Assembly (NCBI GenBank): GCA_963746755.1
Contig: CAVVCM010000005.1
Coordinates: 28,407-92,406 of the forward strand
DNA length: 64,000 bases
Reading direction: 5' to 3'
Source: an uncultured Actinomycetota bacterium
GTDB lineage: Bacteria; Actinomycetota; Actinomycetes; Mycobacteriales; Mycobacteriaceae
Positions 1 to 9,552 of this stretch are shown one piece after another. Position numbers and translations under genes: made by a program. The first letter of the stretch is position 1, and every line of letters begins with the position of its first letter. The notes under the pieces were generated by a model. The model saw only the letters and a program-made list of their open reading frames with translations, was not told where the DNA came from and searched no databases.

Positions 1-121
1 GGCCGAGACATGCGGGGGCCTCCTGACGCCATGGATTCCTTGCCTCTTGGCCGTCAGCCTATCGGCCCCGGGGAAACAGCGACTGCCGCGGTGCGCGAGT
101 TCCGCGCGGCGCTAGACACTG

Positions 122-643
122 CTAGTCAGTGGGGTCGGGCAATACGCGCAAGTGTCCGCGGCGCCGGCCGGAACGACGCTCGGGCGGCGCGAGCAGGCCA
201 CTGCTCGGCGCGGTGGCCTGGGATCCGGTGTGATGAATCTGCGGATCGGCGGAGACACTTCCCGCTCGCGCGGGAAAGCCGTTCAGTGGCGAGCCGGTGC
301 CGCCATAGGGCACGCTCCGCTCGCCCGGGCCGCCCTCGCGCACCGCGTCCGCCAGGGCGACCAGGTCGTCCTCGTCTGGATGGGTGGGAAGCGGACCGGC
401 GTGGCGCACGAGATCCCATCCGCGGGGCGCGGTGATCCGGCCGGCGTGGCCGACGCACAGATCCCACGAATGCGGTTCCCGGGCGGTGGCGAGTGGACCT
501 ACCACTGCCGTCGAGTCCGAGTAGACGAACGTCAAGGTCGCCACTGCATAATGCGGACACCCGGGCCGGCAGCAGCGACGGGGAACGTTCACGACCGAAA
601 GGCTATCGTGCGGAAACGCCGCCGAAGCGACGGACACGCGCAT
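122..643 (-). CDS. DUF3499-family conserved actinobacterial protein (Rv3258c-like)
   Basis: 173-aa ORF with the Cys-rich signature RRCCRPGCPHYAVATLTFVYSDSTAVVGPL typical of DUF3499. It sits beside the whiB2/fbiAB block as in M. tuberculosis. Start codon not verified. Confidence 0.7.
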   Translation of the reverse strand: MRVSVASAAFPHDSLSVVNVPRRCCRPGCPHYAVATLTFVYSDSTAVVGPLATAREPHSWDLCVGHAGRITAPRGWDLVRHAGPLPTHPDEDDLVALADAVREGGPGERSVPYGGTGSPLNGFPARAGSVSADPQIHHTGSQATAPSSGLLAPPERRSGRRRGHLRVLPDPTD

Positions 644-780
644 CCGGTCGACCCCCGATGTTCAACCGTTACCATCGGCGCGTGGGCGATTCGCGCAGCT
701 CCCCGCGGAGTGATCGGTCTCAGGACGGATCGGCTGCGCGCCGATCCGCGTCTCACCGATCCTCCCGAAGAGGCCGCGAG

Positions 781-1203
781 ATGCGCGGTCCGCTGCTGCC
801 ACCGACAGTGCCGGGTTGGCGCAGCCGGGCCGAGCGGTTCGACATGGCAGTGCTGGAGGCCTATGAGCCGATCGAGCGGCACTGGCAGGACCGACTGTCG
901 GAGCTTGACGTGGCGGTCGATGAGATCCCCCGCATCGCAGCCAAAGACCCCGACAGCGTGCAGTGGCCGCCCGAGGTCATCGCCGACGGACCGATCCCGC
1001 TGGCCCGGTTGATCCCGGCCGGCGTCGACGTCCGCGGTGACGCCACGCGGGCACGAATTGTCTTGTTCCGCAAGCCGATTGAGCGTCGAGCCAAGGACAC
1101 CGTCGAACTCGGCGAGTTGCTGCACGAGATCCTGGTGGCCCAGGTGGCCATCTACCTCGACGTCGAGCCCTCAGTCATCGACCCGACGATCGACGACGAA
1201 TAA
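781..1203 (+). CDS. Conserved hypothetical protein, Rv3259-like (databases label this family metallopeptidase-like)
   Basis: Lies inside the 236-aa track ORF. I chose ATG 781 (MRGPLLPPTVPGWRSRAERFDMAVLEAY...) because the upstream codons overlap the DUF3499 gene on the other strand. Acidic C-terminus DPTIDDE. The HExxH motif is not intact here (HEILV). Confidence 0.6.
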   Translation: MRGPLLPPTVPGWRSRAERFDMAVLEAYEPIERHWQDRLSELDVAVDEIPRIAAKDPDSVQWPPEVIADGPIPLARLIPAGVDVRGDATRARIVLFRKPIERRAKDTVELGELLHEILVAQVAIYLDVEPSVIDPTIDDE

Positions 1204-1219
1204 CCTTGTGCGCCGTGCG

Positions 1220-1582
1220 TCAGATGACGCCGCGCTTGAGGCGGCGGCGCTCCCGTTCGGATAGACCGCCCCAGATGCCGAAGCGCTCGTCATGCTCCAG
1301 GGCGTACTCGAGGCACTCGTGACGTACCTCGCAACCCAGGCAGATCTTCTTGGCCTCGCGGGTGGAGCCGCCCTTTTCGGGAAAGAAGGCCTCGGGATCT
1401 GTTTGTGCGCACAGCGCCCGGTCCTGCCATTGGTCGGCGGTTGGCGCCAAGGGCTCGGGCTCGAATGCGACTGGCGCATCAGGAACCACAGTCAAATGCG
1501 GCCGAACAGGTGCCGGCGGTGCCGAGCCAATAGCGATGTGCGGTGTGCCTGCCGTAACGCCCCGAAGATGCTCATAAGACAT
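1220..1582 (-). CDS. whiB2: WhiB-family Fe-S transcription factor WhiB2
   Basis: The C-terminal part carries the four WhiB cysteines (ALCAQTDPEAFFPEKGG...KKICLGCEVRHEC), the GIWGG turn and the basic tail RRRLKRGVI. Start set at ATG 1582 with GGAGG about 11 nt upstream. The 176-aa track ORF is a possible longer form. Confidence 0.85.
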   Translation of the reverse strand: MSYEHLRGVTAGTPHIAIGSAPPAPVRPHLTVVPDAPVAFEPEPLAPTADQWQDRALCAQTDPEAFFPEKGGSTREAKKICLGCEVRHECLEYALEHDERFGIWGGLSERERRRLKRGVI

Positions 1583-1977
1583 GAGGTCGTCCGCCTCCTC
1601 AGCGTGATTGAGAGAGTGAGTGATTTCCACTGTTCTGATGTACAGACAATTCGAACAAGTGATCGAATCTCGGCCTGCGACACCGGAATCGGCCGGCCAA
1701 CCGGGAAATGACACTGTTGTGATTAGACACGGGTTGATCTGCCGGGTCAAGCACTAAAGCGCATTTCCATATCATCTCGTGACCGAATTTCAGCGTTTCT
1801 GTAGTTTCCGGCCTTCGGCGTGTCGATCACACTGCCCGAAACTCCCTGCTGAGGTTGTCGAGATACGCCCGCTAGCGCACTGGCGTCGGGCCCCGACTGA
1901 AGCGCCCCACTCCCCCGCGAGCGAGGGTGCCCCCGGCCCGCGGACCGCATCGTCGTCGGGCAGTACTGTCGTGCGAT

Positions 1978-2979
1978 GTGAAGGTCACCGTTCTGGTCGG
2001 TGGGGTCGGCGGCGCCCGCTTCCTGCTGGGCGTCCAGCAGCTACTCGGGCTGGGTCAGTTCAACACGCAACAGGGCCAAGATACGGAAGACAGCGGCCAC
2101 GAGCTAACCGCGATCGTCAACGTCGGCGACGACGCCTGGATCCACGGAGTGCGTGTCTGTCCGGACCTGGACACCTGCATGTACACCTTAGGTGGAGGCG
2201 TCGACCCGCAACGCGGGTGGGGTCACCGCGACGAAACCTGGCACGCCAAAGAGGAATTGACGCGCTACGGCGTACAGCCCGACTGGTTCGGACTCGGCGA
2301 CCGCGATCTGGCCACCCATCTGGTGCGCACCCAGATGCTGCGGGCCGGCTACCCGCTGTCGCAGATCACCACGGCGCTGTGTGACCGCTGGCACCCGGAT
2401 GCACGGCTGCTGCCGGCCAGCGATGACCGCTGCGAGACGCACGTGGTGATCACCGATCCGGCCGACGACAGCCGGCGGGCCGTCCACTTCCAGGAGTGGT
2501 GGGTACGCTACCGGGCTCAGGTGCCCACGCACAGCTTCGCCTTTATCGGCGCCGAAAAGGCCAGCGCCACAACCGAAGCCCTAGCGGCCATTGCCGATGC
2601 CGATGCGATCTTGCTGGCACCGTCCAACCCGGTGGTGAGCGTCGGCGCCATCCTGGCCGTCCCCGGCATTCGCGGCGCGTTGCGGGCGGCGACCGCCCCG
2701 ATCGTCGGCTACTCACCGATCATCGGCGGAAAACCGTTGCGCGGCATGGCCGATGCATGCCTCTCCGTGATCGGAGTCGAGTCCACCGCGGAGGCGGTTG
2801 GGCGGCACTACGGGGCGCGCCGCAGCACCGGGATCCTGGACTACTGGCTGGTGCATGAGGGCGACGAGGCCGACATCGAGGGGGTCGCGGTGCGCTCGAT
2901 ACCGCTGTTGATGACCGACCCGAAGGCGACGGCTGAGATGGTCAGCGCCGGGCTGGACCTTGCGGGTGTGACGGCGTGA
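1978..2979 (+). CDS. fbiA: 2-phospho-L-lactate transferase (F420 biosynthesis, CofD/FbiA)
   Basis: GTG 1978 gives [16 protein letters not shown]..., the CofD-type glycine-rich N-terminus. Its stop overlaps the fbiB start (GTGA). Synteny with whiB2 and fbiB. Confidence 0.9.
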   Translation: MKVTVLVGGVGGARFLLGVQQLLGLGQFNTQQGQDTEDSGHELTAIVNVGDDAWIHGVRVCPDLDTCMYTLGGGVDPQRGWGHRDETWHAKEELTRYGVQPDWFGLGDRDLATHLVRTQMLRAGYPLSQITTALCDRWHPDARLLPASDDRCETHVVITDPADDSRRAVHFQEWWVRYRAQVPTHSFAFIGAEKASATTEALAAIADADAILLAPSNPVVSVGAILAVPGIRGALRAATAPIVGYSPIIGGKPLRGMADACLSVIGVESTAEAVGRHYGARRSTGILDYWLVHEGDEADIEGVAVRSIPLLMTDPKATAEMVSAGLDLAGVTA

Positions 2980-4358
2980 CCGGCTCGGGTCTGACCCCCG
3001 ATTTGACCAAGCCGCCGGGCGGCGACCACGGCACCGCTGCGACTATCGAGATCCTGCCCGTCGCCGGGCTCCCCGAATTCCGGCCCGGCGATGATCTGAG
3101 CGCGGCCGTCGCCGCCGCCGCACCCTGGCTGCGCGACGGCGACGTCGTGGTGGTGACCAGCAAGGCGGTGTCCAAATGCGAGGGCCGGCTGGTACCGGCG
3201 CCACAGGACGCCGAGGAGCGGGATCAACTCCGGCGCAAGCTGGTCGACGACGAAGCGGTACGCGTGTTGGCACGCAAAGGCCGCACCTTGATCACCGAGA
3301 ACCGGCTCGGTCTGGTCCAGGCCGCCGCCGGCGTGGACGGATCCAATGTCGGCCGGGACGAGCTGGCGCTGCTGCCGGTCGACCCGGACGCCAGCGCCGC
3401 AGCGCTGCGCAGCGGGCTGCGTGAGCGGCTCGGCGTCGAGGTTGCCGTGGTCATCACCGACACGATGGGCCGCGCCTGGCGCAACGGGCAGATCGACGCG
3501 GCGGTCGGCGCGGCCGGTCTGGCTGTACTGCACAGCTATTCGGGAGCCGTCGATCGATACGGCAACGAGTTGCTTGTCACCGAGGTTGCGGTCGCCGACG
3601 AGGTTGCGGCAGCTGCCGATCTGGTGAAGGGCAAATTGACCGCCATGCCGGTGGCCGTGGTGCGCGGGCTTAACGTGACCGACGACGGCTCAACGGCCCG
3701 GCAACTGTTGCGACCGGGCGACGAAGACCTGTTCTGGCTCGGCACCGCCGAGGCCATCGACATGGGTCACCGGCAGGCTCAGCTGTTGCGCAGGTCGGTG
3801 CGCCGGTTCAGTGCCGAGCCGGTGCCGCCCGAGCTGGTCGAGGCCGCTGTCGCCGAGGCCCTCACCGCGCCGGCCCCCCACCACACCCGGCCGGTACGGT
3901 TCGTCTGGCCGCAGGCCCAGGCCACCCGGACCCGGCTGCTGGACCGGATGAAAGACAAGTGGCGCTGCGACCTCGCCGGTGACGGCAAGTCCGTCGACTC
4001 CATCGAACGGTTGGTGGCGCGCGGCCAGATCCTCTACGACGCACCCGAAGTCGTCATCCCGATGTTGGTCCCCGACGGTGCCCACGCGTATCCCGATGCC
4101 GACCGTACCGAGGCCGAGCACACGATGTTCACCGTCGCGGTCGGAGCCGCCGTGCAGGCCCTATTGGTCGCATTGGCGGTGCGGGGGCTGGGCAGCTGCT
4201 GGATCGGCTCGACGATCTTTGCCGCCGACCTGGTCCGCGCCGAGCTCGAGCTGCCCGCCGATTGGGAGCCGTTGGGGGCCATCGCGATCGGCTACGCCGC
4301 GGAGCCGACCGGGTTGCGCGACCCGGCCGGCGCCGGGGATTTGTTGATCCGCAAGTGA
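2976..4358 (+). CDS. fbiB: Bifunctional F420 gamma-glutamyl ligase / dehydro-F420-0 reductase
   Basis: 460 aa. N-terminal CofE-like half ([31 protein letters not shown]) plus a C-terminal nitroreductase-fold half (RRSVRRFS...CWIGSTIF). Translationally coupled to fbiA. Confidence 0.9.
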   Translation: MTGSGLTPDLTKPPGGDHGTAATIEILPVAGLPEFRPGDDLSAAVAAAAPWLRDGDVVVVTSKAVSKCEGRLVPAPQDAEERDQLRRKLVDDEAVRVLARKGRTLITENRLGLVQAAAGVDGSNVGRDELALLPVDPDASAAALRSGLRERLGVEVAVVITDTMGRAWRNGQIDAAVGAAGLAVLHSYSGAVDRYGNELLVTEVAVADEVAAAADLVKGKLTAMPVAVVRGLNVTDDGSTARQLLRPGDEDLFWLGTAEAIDMGHRQAQLLRRSVRRFSAEPVPPELVEAAVAEALTAPAPHHTRPVRFVWPQAQATRTRLLDRMKDKWRCDLAGDGKSVDSIERLVARGQILYDAPEVVIPMLVPDGAHAYPDADRTEAEHTMFTVAVGAAVQALLVALAVRGLGSCWIGSTIFAADLVRAELELPADWEPLGAIAIGYAAEPTGLRDPAGAGDLLIRK

Positions 4359-4369
4359 TACTTGAGCCC

Positions 4370-5965
4370 ATGAAGACGTTCGCGGGCAAGGCGGCGGCGT
4401 CGGCCGACAAGGTTCGCGGCGGCTACTACACCCCGGCACCAGTGGCCCGCTTCCTTGCCCGTTGGGTTCGCCAAGCGGGACCGAAGATTGTGGAACCCTC
4501 CTGCGGCGACGGTGCAATCCTGCGCGAGCTGGCCCAGCTCAGTGGCCGGGTCCACGGCGTGGAGCTCATCGCGGCCGAAGCGGTGAAGTCACGGGAGTTC
4601 GCGCCCGTCGACGCCGAGAATCTGTTCACCTGGCTGACCACCACCGAGGCCGGCGGCTGGGACGGGGTCGCGGGCAACCCGCCCTACATCCGTTTCGGCA
4701 ACTGGGCATCCGAGCAGCGAGATCCGGCGCTGGACCTGATGAGGCGCGAGGGTCTGCGCCCCACCAGACTGACCAATGCCTGGGTCCCGTTCGTCGTGGC
4801 GAGCATGGTATTGGTGCGCGACGGCGGACGCGTCGGATTGGTGCTTCCGGCCGAGTTGCTTCAAGTCACCTATGCCGCACAGTTGCGCGAGTTTCTGCTG
4901 AGCCGATTCCGCGAGATCACTCTGCTGACGTTCGAGCGATTGGTGTTCGACGGCGTCCTGCAAGAAGTCGTGTTGTTCTGCGGTGTCGCCGGCCCGGGCC
5001 CGGCACGGATACGCACCGTCCACCTCAGCGATGCCGATGCGCTGGCCTCAATGACAGGGGCCGACCTTGACGTCGAGCACGTTCGTCCGGGGCCCGCGCT
5101 GCTGCACGAAAAGGAGAAGTGGACCAAGTATTTTCTGGACCCCGCCGCGATCCGGCTGCTGCGAGCACTCAACGGATCCGACGCCATGACCCGGCTTGGG
5201 TCGGTCGCCGACGTGGATGTGGGCATCGTGACGGGCCGCAACAGCTTCTTCACGTTCACCGATGCGCAAGCCCATGAACTCGGACTCATGCCCCACTGCG
5301 TGCCGCTCGTGTCGCGCAGCGCCCAACTGTGCGGCCTGGTCTACGACGCCGACTGCCGGGCAAGCGATGTCGCGGCCGGGCACCGGAGCTGGCTGCTCAA
5401 CGCGCCGCGCGACCCGGCCGATCCCGCTCTGGTCGCACACATCGACGCCGGTGAAGCCGCCGGCGTCCACCGCGGCTACAAGTGCTCGGTCCGCAAGCCC
5501 TGGTGGACCACGCCGTCGCTGTGGATTCCCGACCTGTTCATGCTGCGCCAAATCCACCTGGCGCCGCGGCTGACCGTCAACGCCGCCGCGGCAACGAGCA
5601 CGGACACCGTGCACCGGGTCCGGCTTGCCCCACACATCGATGCGACCGCACTGGCCGCGGTGTTCCACAACAGCGTGACGTTCGCGTTCGCCGAGATCAT
5701 GGGCCGCAGCTATGGCGGGGGCATCTTGGAGCTGGAACCCGCAGAAGCCGAGCAGCTGCCCATTCCACCACCCGCGCATGCCCGCGCCGAACTGGCCTGC
5801 GACGTCGATCTGCTGTTGAAGGCCAACGAAATCGAAAAGGCGCTCGACGTCGTCGACCGTCATGTTCTGATCGATGGACTGGGCTTCTCGGCCGAGGTGG
5901 TGGCGGAGTGTCGCGCGGCGTGGATGTCGCTTCGGGACCGCAGGAAGCGGCGGGGATCCCGGTGA
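4370..5965 (+). CDS. mamA: Orphan N6-adenine DNA methyltransferase, position-equivalent to M. tuberculosis MamA (Rv3263)
   Basis: ATG 4370 (MKTFAGKAAASADKVRGGYYTP). Motif I EPSCGDGAIL followed by motif IV GNPPYIRF (gamma-class order). Long C-terminal specificity half. No nuclease gene adjacent. Lies 11 bp after fbiB. Confidence 0.75.
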   Translation: MKTFAGKAAASADKVRGGYYTPAPVARFLARWVRQAGPKIVEPSCGDGAILRELAQLSGRVHGVELIAAEAVKSREFAPVDAENLFTWLTTTEAGGWDGVAGNPPYIRFGNWASEQRDPALDLMRREGLRPTRLTNAWVPFVVASMVLVRDGGRVGLVLPAELLQVTYAAQLREFLLSRFREITLLTFERLVFDGVLQEVVLFCGVAGPGPARIRTVHLSDADALASMTGADLDVEHVRPGPALLHEKEKWTKYFLDPAAIRLLRALNGSDAMTRLGSVADVDVGIVTGRNSFFTFTDAQAHELGLMPHCVPLVSRSAQLCGLVYDADCRASDVAAGHRSWLLNAPRDPADPALVAHIDAGEAAGVHRGYKCSVRKPWWTTPSLWIPDLFMLRQIHLAPRLTVNAAAATSTDTVHRVRLAPHIDATALAAVFHNSVTFAFAEIMGRSYGGGILELEPAEAEQLPIPPPAHARAELACDVDLLLKANEIEKALDVVDRHVLIDGLGFSAEVVAECRAAWMSLRDRRKRRGSR

Positions 5966-6513
5966 GTATCCTGCCCACGAATATTCGACAGTCGGCGATC
6001 TCGATCCTGTCCGACTGGCAGGCCCCCGATCCGGCCCAGGATTCGTTGCGCCACGCCGTCCTGGCCTTCGTGCTCGGCCGTGCCGATGCCTGCCGGCGCG
6101 ACTGCGTGCCGGGCCACGTCACCGCCTCGGCACTGGTGCTCGACGACACCGGCAGCCAGGTGCTGCTGACCTTGCACCCGCGCCTCGGCCGCTGGGTGCA
6201 ACTGGGTGGGCACTGCGACGATGACGACACCGACATCGTCGCCGCGGCATTGCGCGAGGCCACCGAGGAATCCGGTATCGCCGGTCTGCGCATCGCCCCC
6301 GAACTGGCCGCCGTGCACGTCCACCCGGTCGTCTGCTCGCTGGGCGTGCCAACCCGCCACCTCGACTTGCAGTTCGTGGCGCACGCGCCCGTCGGCGCGC
6401 AGATCGCGATCAGCGACGAGTCGGACGACTTGCGGTGGTGGCCGGTCGACGCTTTGCCGCCCGGCGCCGATCACGCGCTGGCGTACCTGGTGGCTCGGGC
6501 CCGCAGTCGTTAG
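5962..6513 (+). CDS. NUDIX-family hydrolase
   Basis: GTG 5962 overlaps the methylase TGA (GTGA). Core of the NUDIX box is REATEESGI, preceded by GGHCDDDDTDIVAAAL, so the upstream half of the box is non-canonical. Confidence 0.7.
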   Translation: MSILPTNIRQSAISILSDWQAPDPAQDSLRHAVLAFVLGRADACRRDCVPGHVTASALVLDDTGSQVLLTLHPRLGRWVQLGGHCDDDDTDIVAAALREATEESGIAGLRIAPELAAVHVHPVVCSLGVPTRHLDLQFVAHAPVGAQIAISDESDDLRWWPVDALPPGADHALAYLVARARSR

Positions 6514-6582
6514 CCACCGAGATCGACGGCAGCGCGGAAAAGAGTAGGCGTCACCGTAGCGTCGATCTCGACGCAAGACCGC

Positions 6583-7674
6583 TCAGACGTCGGACGAGTA
6601 GCGGATCCCGCCGTCGGGAATCGAGACGCCGGGCCACACCCGGGCGCCACGCAGCAACTCGCAGCGCGCACCGATGTCGGCGCCGTCGCCGATCACACCG
6701 TCGCGGATCAGCGCCCGCGGACCGATACGCGCACCGAAGCCGATGATCGAGCGCTCGATCATGCTGCCGGCCTCGACCCTGACGCCGTCGAAAATCACCG
6801 CGCCGTCCAGCCGGACACCGGGGCCGATTTCGGCGCCCCGCCCCACGACCGTGCCGCCGATCAGCACCGCGCCGGGAGATATCGCCGCGCCGTCGTGTAC
6901 CAGCTGCTCACCGCGGTGGCCGTGCAGAGCCGGTGACGGGGCGATCCCGCGCACCAGATCCGCCGATCCCCGAACGAAGTCCTCCGGTGTGCCCATGTCC
7001 CGCCAGTAAGTGGCGTCGACGTAGCCGCAGATCTTGACGTCAGGGTCGGAGAGCAGCGCCGGGAACACCTCGCGTTCGACCGATACCTCACGGCCACGCG
7101 GAATCCGGTCGATGATCTTGCGTTCGAAGACATAGCAGCCGGCGTTGATCTGGTCGGTCGGCGGATCCTGCGTCTTCTCCAGAAACGCGGTGACCCGGCC
7201 GTTCTCGTCGGTGGGCACGCAGCCGAATGCCCGCGGGTCGCCCACTCGCACCAGGTGCAGCGTGACGTCGGCGTGGTTGGTTTTGTGGAAGTCCAGCAGC
7301 TGGCCCAGGTCGGTGCCGGACAGCACGTCGCCGTTGAACACCATCACGGTGTCGTGGCGCAGCTTGTCTGCGACGTTGGCGATGCCGCCGCCGGTCCCCA
7401 ACGGTTTCTCTTCAGTCACATACTCGATCTGCAGACCTAGCTTGGAGCCGTCGCCGAACTCCGCCTCGAATACCCCGGCCTGATACGACGTGCTCAAGAC
7501 CACGTGCTCGATGCCCGCGGCGGCGATCCGCGACAGCAGATGGGTGAGAAACGGCAGCCCGGCGGTCGGCAGCATGGGCTTGGGTGCCGACAGTGTCAGC
7601 GGCCGCAGCCTGGTGCCCTTGCCACCGACCAGGATCACCGCGTCGACTTCGGGGCCAGCCAAAGGGTTAGCCAA
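6583..7674 (-). CDS. manB: Mannose-1-phosphate guanylyltransferase (GDP-mannose pyrophosphorylase)
   Basis: N-terminal nucleotidyltransferase motif AVILVGGKGTRLRPLT..PKPMLP and a C-terminal left-handed beta-helix hexapeptide region. Synteny with wbbL1 and rmlD (Rv3264c equivalent). Confidence 0.9.
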   Translation of the reverse strand: MANPLAGPEVDAVILVGGKGTRLRPLTLSAPKPMLPTAGLPFLTHLLSRIAAAGIEHVVLSTSYQAGVFEAEFGDGSKLGLQIEYVTEEKPLGTGGGIANVADKLRHDTVMVFNGDVLSGTDLGQLLDFHKTNHADVTLHLVRVGDPRAFGCVPTDENGRVTAFLEKTQDPPTDQINAGCYVFERKIIDRIPRGREVSVEREVFPALLSDPDVKICGYVDATYWRDMGTPEDFVRGSADLVRGIAPSPALHGHRGEQLVHDGAAISPGAVLIGGTVVGRGAEIGPGVRLDGAVIFDGVRVEAGSMIERSIIGFGARIGPRALIRDGVIGDGADIGARCELLRGARVWPGVSIPDGGIRYSSDV

Positions 7675-7675
7675 C

Positions 7676-8563
7676 TCAGTGCCGCCCTTCTGCCGGTTTC
7701 CGTCTACGACTGCGCAGTGAACTGCGCACCATCAAGTGGGAACGTACCGCCAACGAGACCCGCAGCGTCCAGCGAAGCGGAGCACGCCACCAACCAGAAT
7801 GCCGGTCGGCCAGGAAAATGTAGGTGCTTTTGTGATGCGCCGCCAAGTGGTTTGCCGGGTCATGCCCGGTGGAGTGGCCCTTATGGTGCAGAACTTCCGC
7901 CGACGGCACATAGACGCTCAGCCAGCCGGCTTTGCCGAGCCGGTCGCCGAGGTCGACGTCTTCCATATACATGAAGTAGCGCTCGTCGAATCCGCCCACT
8001 TGGCTAAAGGCCGACCGGCGCACCAGCAGGCACGATCCCGACAGCCAACCCACTGTCCGCTCGGTGGGCTCGAGCCGCTCCTGGCGGTATGCCGTCGTCC
8101 ACGGATTGCGCGGCCAGAACGGCCCGAGGACCGCGTGCATGCCGCCCCGGACGAGGCTGGGCAGGTGGCGCGCCGACGGATACACCGACCCGTCGGGGTC
8201 CCGGATGAGCGGGCCCAGCGCACCGGCGCGCGGCCAGCGGGCCGCCGCGTCCAGCAGAGCGTCGATGCTGCCCGGGCCCCACTGCACGTCCGGGTTGGCC
8301 ACGATCACCCAGTCCTCGTCGCGGTCTAGCTGTGCGACCGCGCGATTCACCGCGGTGCCATACCCGAGGTTGGCCCCGGTGTGGAACAGCCGCACGTTCG
8401 GATAGCGCTCGACCGCCGTCTGCGGGGTTCCGTCGGTGGAGCCGTTGTCCGCCAGTACCACGCACACCGGGCGCTCCGTGGCCAACGACAAGGAGGCCAG
8501 GAAACGCTCCAGGTGCGGGCCCGGCGAGTAGGTCACCGTCACGACCGGCGGGACGTCAGTCAC
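7676..8563 (-). CDS. wbbL1: dTDP-rhamnosyl transferase (GT2) of arabinogalactan linker synthesis
   Basis: GT2 signature VVLADNGSTDGT and DED region. I prefer GTG 8563 (VTDVPPVVTVTYSPG), which overlaps rmlD by 8 nt. The track ORF start at 8626 is the alternative. Confidence 0.85.
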   Translation of the reverse strand: MTDVPPVVTVTYSPGPHLERFLASLSLATERPVCVVLADNGSTDGTPQTAVERYPNVRLFHTGANLGYGTAVNRAVAQLDRDEDWVIVANPDVQWGPGSIDALLDAAARWPRAGALGPLIRDPDGSVYPSARHLPSLVRGGMHAVLGPFWPRNPWTTAYRQERLEPTERTVGWLSGSCLLVRRSAFSQVGGFDERYFMYMEDVDLGDRLGKAGWLSVYVPSAEVLHHKGHSTGHDPANHLAAHHKSTYIFLADRHSGWWRAPLRWTLRVSLAVRSHLMVRSSLRSRRRKPAEGRH

Positions 8564-9464
8564 GCGTAGAGGGTAACGGTCGATCGGCCGCGGCAGTGCT
8601 GCCAGATGCTGCCAGCGCCGCGACAAGCGCAGGGCGCCAGGGCCTTAACGGCCTCAGGCCCGCTGCGGCGGACTGCCGGCTCGACAGCGCGCTGTAGGCA
8701 GGCCGCGGTGCCGGCCGCGGAAACTCCGCGGTGCTGACCGGCCGCACCCGCGCCTGGTCGGCGCCGCACTCTTCGAACACCGCGCGGGCCTGGTCGAATC
8801 GAGAGACCGCTCCCTGGTTGGCGGCGTGCAGGATCGGGCCGGGCACCCGATCGTCGGCCACCTGCAGCAGCGCGGCGGCCAGGTCGCCGACGTAGGTGGG
8901 TGACCCGGCCTGGTCGTCGACCACGTTCACCGGACCCTCACCGGCCGCCAGTCGGCGCATGACGGTGACGAAGTCCTTGCCGGTATCGCCGCCGGTGTAG
9001 ACCCAGGCGGAACGGACGACGACGGCCTCCGGCAGCGCCGCCAGCACGGCCTGCTCACCGGCGAGCTTGCTGCGGCCATAGGCCCCCAGCGGCGCGGCGT
9101 CATCGCTGGGCTCGTAGGGACGGGGCACCGCGCCGCCGAAGTCACCGCTGAACACATAGTCGGTGGAGACGTGGATCAACTGGGCGCCGGTCCGCGCGCA
9201 GGCCCGGGCGATATGTTCGGGGCCGGCGGCGTTGACCGCGTACGCGCCCGCCTCGTCGCTCTCGGCGCCATCGACGTCGGTGTAGGCCGCGCAATTGATC
9301 ACCACGTCGCCGCTCCGGACGATCCGCTCGGCGGCGGCGGGGTCGGTGATGTCCCACTGCGACGACGTCAGCGCCAGCACGTCGCGGCCCTGACCGGCTG
9401 CCAGCGCGCCCAGATGGCTTCCCAGCTGACCGCCGGCGCCGGTGATCACGATCCTGCCTGACAT
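8556..9464 (-). CDS. rmlD: dTDP-4-dehydrorhamnose reductase
   Basis: Rossmann N-terminus IVITGAGGQLGSHL, 302 aa. Operon position before wbbL1/manB as in M. tuberculosis Rv3266c. Confidence 0.9.
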   Translation of the reverse strand: MSGRIVITGAGGQLGSHLGALAAGQGRDVLALTSSQWDITDPAAAERIVRSGDVVINCAAYTDVDGAESDEAGAYAVNAAGPEHIARACARTGAQLIHVSTDYVFSGDFGGAVPRPYEPSDDAAPLGAYGRSKLAGEQAVLAALPEAVVVRSAWVYTGGDTGKDFVTVMRRLAAGEGPVNVVDDQAGSPTYVGDLAAALLQVADDRVPGPILHAANQGAVSRFDQARAVFEECGADQARVRPVSTAEFPRPAPRPAYSALSSRQSAAAGLRPLRPWRPALVAALAASGSTAAADRPLPSTRD

Positions 9465-9552
9465 GGTTCGAGTCTGGCACGCCCCGGAAAGCTCGGGCCA
9501 CGCCGCCGTTCGCTTACCCGCGAAGCGGCTGTGTCACAAGTAACCTAGTGGG

